A DNA stretch of 4,984 nt from a virus (taxonomy: Duplodnaviria > Heunggongvirae > Uroviricota > Caudoviricetes), in IMG/VR virus record IMGVR_UViG_2619619126_000013; one strand, given 5' to 3'. The translations under genes were made by a program, and so were the position numbers. Below are positions 1-4,984 of the stretch, in pieces. A model generated the notes under the pieces. That model saw only the letters and a list, made by a program, of their open reading frames with translations, ran no database searches and was not told where the DNA came from. Positions within the stretch are counted from its first letter, which is position 1. Each line of letters opens with the position of its first letter.

Positions 1-13
1 TTTCATCCTACCC

Positions 14-38
14 AATAAAACGGGGCGCTCGGCCCCTT
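14..38 (-). terminator. Rho-independent terminator ending the tail-fibre operon
   Basis: Directly after the TAA stop (43-45) the minus strand reads GGGGC-CGAGC-GCCCC (5-bp all-GC stem, + coordinates 22-26 pairing with 32-36) followed by GTTTTATTGGG. The stem is short, hence moderate confidence. Confidence 0.5.
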
Positions 39-42
39 AATA

Positions 43-1083
43 TTATTTAGACGCAAGCGCCGCCTCAATTACAGATAATCTTTGTCTTAATTCTGCGTTT
101 TCTTCTTCCAGTGCTGTTATTCTGTCGTCTGACTCTCTGGCTACCTGAACAAGCAAGCCAGTAACACCAGAATAATCTACTGTGTAATAACGTTCACCTT
201 CTTCACCTTCCGATCCGCTCGCACCGTCCTGATATTTCATTGCGGAACCTACAACTTCTGGGATTGCTTCCAGAGCTTCCTGTGCAATGACACCAGCATA
301 GGGCATACCGTTTTCTTTAAGCGTGTATGTATAGCCGTTCATTTTACGGATGCGGTCGGTTGCATTATCGATCACCTGAATGTTGTCTTTCAGATCCCGG
401 TCGGAATGCTGGTTAAATGCGGTGGCATGACATGCACCATTAACGCTTAACATATAGGTGTTATCGGTATTTTTCTGCGCATAGAACATATAAGCGCCAC
501 CATCAACACCGACTTCATAAACAACAGGACGGCTGGAATTTCCCCATAATAACGTCGACACACCAGAATACGCCGTACCTTGCGTGTTTAGTGTCATGGT
601 CGACCCGTGATTAGCATATTTGATCTGCAATGAGTCTGTATTATCAAACTTAATAAGCGCGTTACTTCCCCGCACACCATACGACATGAGACAGTTCCCC
701 ATCTTAAGGTAACCATCACTGCCTGGAAAAATTAAAGTTCCTCCGTAAAGATCACTAAAGTCCCAAAAGATACCTTTTGTCCCGTTATGTGTGACGATCC
801 TCGTCATTGTATCTTTAGTACCATCAATATTTTTTCTGGTATATATGTCACTATAAGCGTTTTCCGTTTCACCAGTCTTATTTGACAAATGCAGCTTACC
901 GCTGAATATAGTTCCAGTTGTTGGCAATGTTTTTTGATCATAGATTACATTGCAATAACCATTCCATGTTGTTTTATTGTCTACATAAGATTTTGTTGCG
1001 TAGCTTCCTTGATCGTTTTTTAATTTGCTAACGTCGGATTTTAGCGTTTTGATGTCATCAGGAATTACTGTCGATGTAGCCAT
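43..1083 (-). CDS. Tail fibre / tailspike-like protein with C-terminal intramolecular chaperone (peptidase S74-type, autoproteolytic) domain
   Basis: The 346-aa ORF has a strong ribosome-binding site (GAGGAAGAAAA then ATG). Its C-terminal roughly 120 aa carry the hallmark of the self-cleaving chaperone domain found on endosialidase-type tailspikes and the T5 L-shaped fibre: HSDRDLKDNI ... GYTYTLKENG ... GVIAQEALEAIPEVV ... YYTVDYSGVTGLL, then a coiled-coil tail (ITALEEENAELRQRLSVIEAALASK). The N-terminal roughly 225 aa are Gly/Thr/Asn/Tyr-rich, as expected for a beta-rich fibre tip. Sample blocks 841-900 and 961-1020 are 22/60 and 19/60 G+C. Confidence 0.85.
   Translation of the reverse strand: MATSTVIPDDIKTLKSDVSKLKNDQGSYATKSYVDNKTTWNGYCNVIYDQKTLPTTGTIFSGKLHLSNKTGETENAYSDIYTRKNIDGTKDTMTRIVTHNGTKGIFWDFSDLYGGTLIFPGSDGYLKMGNCLMSYGVRGSNALIKFDNTDSLQIKYANHGSTMTLNTQGTAYSGVSTLLWGNSSRPVVYEVGVDGGAYMFYAQKNTDNTYMLSVNGACHATAFNQHSDRDLKDNIQVIDNATDRIRKMNGYTYTLKENGMPYAGVIAQEALEAIPEVVGSAMKYQDGASGSEGEEGERYYTVDYSGVTGLLVQVARESDDRITALEEENAELRQRLSVIEAALASK
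46..405 (-). other. Intramolecular chaperone / autoproteolysis domain of the 346-aa fibre protein (predicted cleavage at Ser227)
   Basis: The Ser codon of the SDRDLKDNI motif maps to + coordinates 403-405 (gga, reverse complement TCC), checked codon by codon down to K232 at 388-390. The domain runs to the C-terminus. Cleavage is inferred from family knowledge, not observed. Confidence 0.7.
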
Positions 1084-1092
1084 TTTTCTTCC

Positions 1093-1374
1093 TCACATCC
1101 AGCCACGAAGTTGATGCTCAACAGCAACCACGTATTCATCGAATAATGACGATATTTGCGAATCATTAATGATGCGCACGTTTACAAAATATCCGTCTTC
1201 CTTAACACATACCGGTTCGCCATCTTCAGTCAGTTCTCCGGTTTCTTTGTACACGTTACCTATCACGTCGATAAGAATATCATCCTGCATCGACTCGTCA
1301 TCATAATAGCCAATACTCTCCATAAAGGCCGAAAAGTCGGCCCTGTCTTCAAATTTGAGTGTTAAATCTTTCAT
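1093..1374 (-). CDS. Hypothetical small, highly acidic protein (93 aa), translationally coupled to stf; candidate fibre assembly or accessory factor, function unknown
   Basis: Its ATG overlaps the stf stop (TAATG at 1372-1376). A GGGGGAG Shine-Dalgarno lies about 8 nt upstream. By hand count it has about 22 Asp+Glu against about 6 Lys+Arg in 93 residues. Its stop TGA (1093-1095) overlaps the GAGGAAG ribosome-binding site of the next gene. I recognise no family; it is too short and too acidic to be a lambda-type Tfa. Confidence 0.7.
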   Translation of the reverse strand: MKDLTLKFEDRADFSAFMESIGYYDDESMQDDILIDVIGNVYKETGELTEDGEPVCVKEDGYFVNVRIINDSQISSLFDEYVVAVEHQLRGWM

Positions 1375-3587
1375 TAGATTGACTCCCCCACCTGAGCATC
1401 AGTCAATGCCTTGTGCCATATTCTGAAATTCCTGACATGACCAAATAAATGACGTAACCCGGCTGTAGTCTGGCCTCCAATACGGATAATTGCGGTGTTC
1501 TGAATACAGGACCATGTGGTTTTTGTTTCGCTGGATATATGCCCGTTACTTACTGAGCACGTAGACTGCTCTGACTTTACACGCATCCCCATAACCATTT
1601 TTTCAAGCGATGCGTTTTCGTTTACCCGTCTGTTAGCTCCTCCAATATCGCAATAAGGAAATCCGTCGTAATCTGTTGAACGACCGAAGCCAAGAATAAT
1701 AGCCGCTCCGGTTTGATGACCGCCGGTATCAAAAACACGTGGCGCTGCATTTGGCGTTTTATACCAGTTCTTATGTACCTCACAAAGAACCGTAAAAGGA
1801 AGATTATAAAGATTATTCTTAATTGGAACTGTAACTATATCGCTTGCGCGGGTCGCCGCCGTCGCTCCTGATATAATAAAAGATGATACACAAGGCCCAT
1901 CTTCTACTTGTGGGGTGGCCAGATAAATATAGTCACCAGATACGGTTGCCCCGCTCTGCTTAGGAGAATACTGTATCTGAGAGCCTATTTTTAACTCCCC
2001 ATCAATTGCCTGAATTGTTGCCTCTGCAAAAATCCATCCGGTAGCTTCGTCCTTTCTGACTCTCGCTGTAATCCTTGAGGCAGCACCGCCTGTCATATTA
2101 ATTTCAAGCGTTTGTGTATCAATATACGCATCACCAAGAAAAGTTGTTGCGCTACCGTCATATTTATCAAACCGGATACGCAACCTTACCTGCAGTTCTG
2201 TTTTAAAACGACATGAGGTTGTCACGTGTTTATTATCGCCTGAGACATCAACTGACTTTGTTGCAGCAATTGATGCCATATTAATGGCTGAGGTTTGCCC
2301 AATCAGAGAATCGTTGCAGACAAACTTTCCATAGGTAAAACCAAAATTATCCGTCCCTGTTTCGGGCACATCCATATTTGACGATCGCCCCCAACTGGCA
2401 GGGCTTTCCGAATTGAGCATGTAGTTTGTTCTTTGCCCCTCAATAAGCAGGCCATCACGTTCAAATCGTGGCTCGTCAATGGCAGCCTCTGTCAGCACAC
2501 CAGATTTGTTAATATAGGTTGCTTTCGATGCACGTTTAAACTTAACAATCTTGTCGCCAGGCATCGTTATTTCATCGTCACCAATAACAATTTTTTTATA
2601 TGACGGCGAAAAGCCCGTAATCATATCCAGCGAATCGTTAAATGGTATCCACACATCAGGCAGCGGCTGTAAGACATATTTATACGGCTCCGCAGCCTGG
2701 CTTGCGTACTCTCTGGCTGCATCTTCGCTTGCTTTAGCTGCCGTCTGGCTTGCTGCCGATGCTTTCGCTGAGTTCGCAGCCGCTGTTTCGCTCACCTTTG
2801 CGTTGGTTTCACTGGTTTTTGCTGCTTTTTGACTGTTAGCTGATGCAGTGGCAGAAGCAGCCGCCGCGCTTGCAGAACTGGCTGCGGCACTCTCGCTTTG
2901 AGCCGCTGCATCCTGACTGCTTTTCGCCGCAGTTTCACTGGCTTTGGCATTCGTTTCGCTGGTCTTCGCTGCCGTCTGGCTGGACTTTGCGTTAGTTTCA
3001 CTCGTCTTCGCAGCTTTCTGGCTGTTAGCCGCAGCAGTTGCTGATCCAGCTGCTGAAGTCGCAGAACCGGCTGCCGCGCTCTCGCTTTGGGCTGCTGCAA
3101 CCTGGCTGTTTTTTGCCGCAGTTTCACTGGCTTTAGCATTCGTTTCGCTGGTTTTCGCCGCGTTCTTCGATGATGCCGCTGCAGTTTCGGATTTCTTTGC
3201 CGCCGCTGCGCTCTGAGAGGCGGCTTCAGCGTTGCGTGCCGCTTCTTCCACCATTTCCTCAAAACGACGCAATGCCTCCGGCATGACATCATCTTCCGTC
3301 ATGGCACCGAGAAAATCATTCAGCGTACCTGGTCTGGAACCTTCATAGACGGTAATGGTCCCGGCATGTGAAGGCGGAAAACCTTCAACCAGCAGGGTGA
3401 CGCTGTACTGGCCATACTCAACATCCATGCTGTAACGCCCGGCTTCATCCGGATTTTCAGAGGCCACCGTGTTCACCAGTACCGTGGTGCTGTTACGCTT
3501 TGCCTTCAGTTGAATAGTGCAGTTCTGTATTGGTTTTCCCGCACCATCTTTCAGCACACCTGAGATTTTTACTGCTGCCATATCCAC
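1374..3587 (-). CDS. stf: Side tail fibre protein (Stf-like): conserved N-terminal tail-attachment domain, Ala/Ser-rich heptad shaft, and a divergent C-terminal receptor-binding region ending in a LamG/ConA-like lectin domain
   Basis: The 737-aa ORF opens with MDMAAVKISGVLKDGAGKPIQNCTIQLKAKRNSTT, which matches the N-terminus of lambda Stf as I recall it (MAVKISGVLKDG...). Residues about 113-299 are an uninterrupted Ala/Ser/Thr heptad array. The C-terminal roughly 140 aa carry LamG-like signatures (PFTVLCEVHKNW ... RVFDTGG ... IIRIGGQ ... LFGHVRNFRIWHKALTDAQV). The track start at 3587 is GTG; the ATG at 3579-3581 with GGAG 6 nt upstream is the more likely true start. The stop TAA overlaps the next ORF's start (TAATG). 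Confidence 0.88.
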   Translation of the reverse strand: MDMAAVKISGVLKDGAGKPIQNCTIQLKAKRNSTTVLVNTVASENPDEAGRYSMDVEYGQYSVTLLVEGFPPSHAGTITVYEGSRPGTLNDFLGAMTEDDVMPEALRRFEEMVEEAARNAEAASQSAAAAKKSETAAASSKNAAKTSETNAKASETAAKNSQVAAAQSESAAAGSATSAAGSATAAANSQKAAKTSETNAKSSQTAAKTSETNAKASETAAKSSQDAAAQSESAAASSASAAAASATASANSQKAAKTSETNAKVSETAAANSAKASAASQTAAKASEDAAREYASQAAEPYKYVLQPLPDVWIPFNDSLDMITGFSPSYKKIVIGDDEITMPGDKIVKFKRASKATYINKSGVLTEAAIDEPRFERDGLLIEGQRTNYMLNSESPASWGRSSNMDVPETGTDNFGFTYGKFVCNDSLIGQTSAINMASIAATKSVDVSGDNKHVTTSCRFKTELQVRLRIRFDKYDGSATTFLGDAYIDTQTLEINMTGGAASRITARVRKDEATGWIFAEATIQAIDGELKIGSQIQYSPKQSGATVSGDYIYLATPQVEDGPCVSSFIISGATAATRASDIVTVPIKNNLYNLPFTVLCEVHKNWYKTPNAAPRVFDTGGHQTGAAIILGFGRSTDYDGFPYCDIGGANRRVNENASLEKMVMGMRVKSEQSTCSVSNGHISSETKTTWSCIQNTAIIRIGGQTTAGLRHLFGHVRNFRIWHKALTDAQVGESI
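2691..3251 (-). repeat. In-frame heptad-encoding repeat array (21-nt period) within stf, containing a 189-bp higher-order tandem duplication
   Basis: The protein reads as about 27 consecutive 7-residue units without stutter (for example TSETNAK / ASETAAK / NSQVAAA / QSESAAA). At DNA level there are near-identical direct copies offset by 189 nt: tttgcgttggtttca at 2797-2811 against tttgcgttagtttca at 2986-3000, and cgcagtttcactggctttggcattcgtttcgctgg at about 2928-2962 against the same motif at about 3117-3151. At protein level NSQKAAKTSETNAK occurs at residues 188-201 and 251-264. Confidence 0.85.
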
Positions 3588-3592
3588 TCCAC

Positions 3593-3619
3593 AAAAAAGC
3601 CCGCCTGAACCGGCGGGCT
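3593..3619 (-). terminator. Rho-independent terminator downstream of lom
   Basis: On the minus strand this reads AGCCCGCC-GGTTCA-GGCGGGCT (8-bp stem, + coordinates 3598-3605 pairing with 3612-3619) followed by TTTTTT (+ 3593-3598). It lies between the lom stop (3646) and the stf start. Confidence 0.7.
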
Positions 3620-3645
3620 GTCATAACACTGTGTTACCTGGCTAA

Positions 3646-4245
3646 TCAGAATTTATAACCGACACCCACGATGAAACCGTCAGTGCGCCAGTCACCACTG
3701 CCGGAGCCTTCATAAGCAATATCAATGGCCACGGATTCGGTCGGGTTAAACTGCACGCCAGCTCCCCACGCCAGAGACGTGTTGCTGTGGCGACCGTCAT
3801 CACTTCCGGTCAGCACATCGTGCGTTTTCCCCTTATTGTCAGTTACGCGGAGATAATCCCCGGAAAAAGTCGACACACGGCTGTAAGCCATACCCGCCAT
3901 CGCATACGCGCTGAACCATTCATTCACGCGCACAGACGGCCCCACCATCACGCTGAACCAGCGGTTACGCACGGAATCTTCATGCCAGCGGGTATTGCTG
4001 TAACGGGTAAGCTGGCGATTCTTGTCTCCTGCATAGCTGAATGACGTCACCAGCCCCAGTGTGTCCGTAAACTCATAACGGTATTTCACGTTAATCCCGT
4101 TAAGATCATCGCTGCCGGGAACGTTCGTCGAGGCATGAAGATACCCCGCGCTCAGCGTGGACTGATGTTCAGATGCCCATGCAGGCGCACCGGATACGGA
4201 CAGACAGATGGCTGCGGACAAAATGGCTGCACAAACTTTACGCAT
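3646..4245 (-). CDS. lom: Lom outer membrane protein (Ail/Lom/OmpX/PagC family 8-stranded beta-barrel), a lysogenic-conversion moron
   Basis: The 199-aa product has an N-terminal signal peptide ([24 protein letters not shown], then SEHQ), alternating beta-strand character and a C-terminal aromatic end (GVGYKF) typical of outer-membrane barrels. It is near-identical, by recollection, to lambda Lom. A GAGAGG Shine-Dalgarno lies 6 nt upstream of the ATG, and the gene sits immediately downstream of J. Confidence 0.92.
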
Positions 4246-4266
4246 AATTACCTCTCGCTTTTCTGC

Positions 4267-4294
4267 AATAAAAAAGGCGCCATTTCTGGCGCCC
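4267..4294 (-). terminator. Rho-independent terminator downstream of J (tJ-like)
   Basis: On the minus strand this reads GGCGCC-AGAAAT-GGCGCC (6-bp all-GC stem, 6-nt loop, + coordinates 4276-4293) followed immediately by TTTTTTATT (+ 4267-4275). It lies about 20 nt after the J stop and about 20 nt before the lom start. Confidence 0.6.
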
Positions 4295-4312
4295 GTATAT
4301 GGGTTATAAAAT

Positions 4313-4984
4313 TCAGCTGATACTGATGCCTGCGGTGGCTTTCTTCATCACCACAACCAGCAAATCGCTGATACTTGCTGTGGGATACCAGTCATTTACC
4401 AGCCATGCTGACACCGAAAACTCCAGCGTCATGTGACCGTGACCGGCAGGCATATCAATAACGCCACTGTAAATCAGCGTATTATCCAGCGCGGTACGGT
4501 TATAAATTTCAGCACCGTTTTTCCGCACTATCAGACGGCATGAGGAGTAAATATCAGTATGCTCTCTCTCATGTTTAGCGCCGCTGAATGCCACCGCCGG
4601 AATAACAATCTGCCGGTCAAACGGCTGATCGTCATAAACCCTGACGGTAATGGTCCCTGATGGCCACCGCTCCGGTGCACGGGAGTCCCGGGGGAAAGCT
4701 TTGCCCACTGTTTTAACGAGATCGCCTTCAATCTGGTTGGCGGACAGTTTTCCCAGAACCCGACAGTTTTCGTTAATCGTGACGTTGTTGAGCGTCCCGG
4801 AGTTCGCATTCACGTTACCGCTGATATCGGCATTTTTCGCCGTCAGCCGCCCGTCCGGTGTCAGGGAAAATGCCGGAGGATTACCGCCGCTGGTAATGGT
4901 GGGGGCCGTCAGGCGCTTCAGGAACACGTCGTTCATGAATATCTGGTTGCCCTGCGCCACAAACATCGGCGTTTCATTCCCGTT
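4313..4984 (-). CDS. J: Host specificity / central tail fibre protein J, C-terminal part only (5' end of the gene lies beyond the window)
   Basis: The frame stays open from 4966 to the window edge (codons upstream of the listed Met read N-G-N-E-T-P with no stop), so the gene is truncated by the window. The stop is TGA at 4313-4315. It sits directly upstream of lom with a hairpin terminator between, as in the lambda J-lom arrangement. The sample block 4801-4860 is 35/60 G+C by hand count. The family call rests on synteny and my recollection of gpJ, not on a search. Confidence 0.85.
   Translation of the reverse strand, partial: NGNETPMFVAQGNQIFMNDVFLKRLTAPTITSGGNPPAFSLTPDGRLTAKNADISGNVNANSGTLNNVTINENCRVLGKLSANQIEGDLVKTVGKAFPRDSRAPERWPSGTITVRVYDDQPFDRQIVIPAVAFSGAKHEREHTDIYSSCRLIVRKNGAEIYNRTALDNTLIYSGVIDMPAGHGHMTLEFSVSAWLVNDWYPTASISDLLVVVMKKATAGISIS

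Noticed and set aside
1156-1365. 69-aa + strand ORF
   Set aside because: It is antisense to the 93-aa gene, has no Shine-Dalgarno and has a low-complexity hydrophobic composition. It is most likely a chance open frame in an AT-richer region.
43-1374. Possibility that the 93-aa and 346-aa pair is a toxin-immunity or dedicated anti-phage defence module
   Set aside because: The 346-aa protein carries a clear tail-fibre chaperone-domain signature and both genes are embedded in and coupled to the late tail-fibre operon, so a structural role is far more parsimonious. A DNA-mimic role for the 93-aa protein is kept only as a secondary hypothesis in the findings.
2551-3216. Two + strand ORFs (2551-2832 and 2944-3216) encoding Ala/Leu/Phe-rich peptides
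   Set aside because: They are antisense to the stf heptad array. The reverse complement of repeated GCN codons yields open frames rich in Ala, Leu and Phe. No translation signals are present, and they are fully explained by the repeat.
2691-3251. Possible CRISPR-like or intergenic tandem repeat array
   Set aside because: The repeats are in frame, protein-coding (heptads), with a 21/189-nt period and no unique spacers between identical short repeats. This is a coiled-coil shaft, not a CRISPR array.
2792-3292. 166-aa Arg/Gln/Lys-rich ORF on the minus strand nested inside stf
   Set aside because: It is an alternate reading frame of the GC-rich Ala-codon heptad repeat, which naturally lacks stops in other frames. 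It has no ribosome-binding site, a low-complexity Arg/Pro/Gln composition, and lies entirely inside a well-supported gene.
3787-4320. + strand ORFs 3787-4044 (85 aa) and 4135-4320 (61 aa)
   Set aside because: Both are antisense to lom (the second also to the J-lom terminator region). Their His/Arg-rich and Cys-rich compositions are typical of antisense frames, and neither has a ribosome-binding site.
4531-4809. 92-aa minus-strand ORF nested inside J
   Set aside because: It is an alternate frame within the J coding region with no independent signals; the J frame is the one continuous to the window edge.
1-4984. tRNA genes, attachment site, integrase or transposase marking a prophage end or mobile element
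   Set aside because: No cloverleaf-like tRNA sequence, no recombinase-like ORF and no inverted terminal repeats were seen. The window is internal to the late structural region apart from the operon-ending terminator at 14-38.

Overview
This window is the distal end of a lambda-like (lambdoid siphovirus) tail gene cluster, with every credible gene on the minus strand. In transcription order it holds the 3' end of the host-specificity gene J (cut by the window edge), a terminator, the lom outer-membrane moron, a second terminator, a 737-aa Stf-like side tail fibre gene, a translationally coupled 93-aa very acidic ORF, a 346-aa ORF ending in a self-cleaving intramolecular-chaperone domain, and a final terminator. 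I see no rRNA, tRNA, CRISPR array, integrase or transposase. The most interesting signal is a roughly 2.6 kb low-GC cassette (about 1-2690) joined to the high-GC J-lom-stf backbone at a junction inside stf. It replaces the lambda-type fibre tip and the expected Tfa chaperone gene with a lectin-like tip, the small acidic protein and the second self-chaperoning fibre or spike protein. All protein-family calls rest on motif recognition and synteny read by eye; no database search was run, so novelty cannot be asserted. All + strand ORFs in the track and the two nested minus-strand ORFs look like alternate-frame artefacts.
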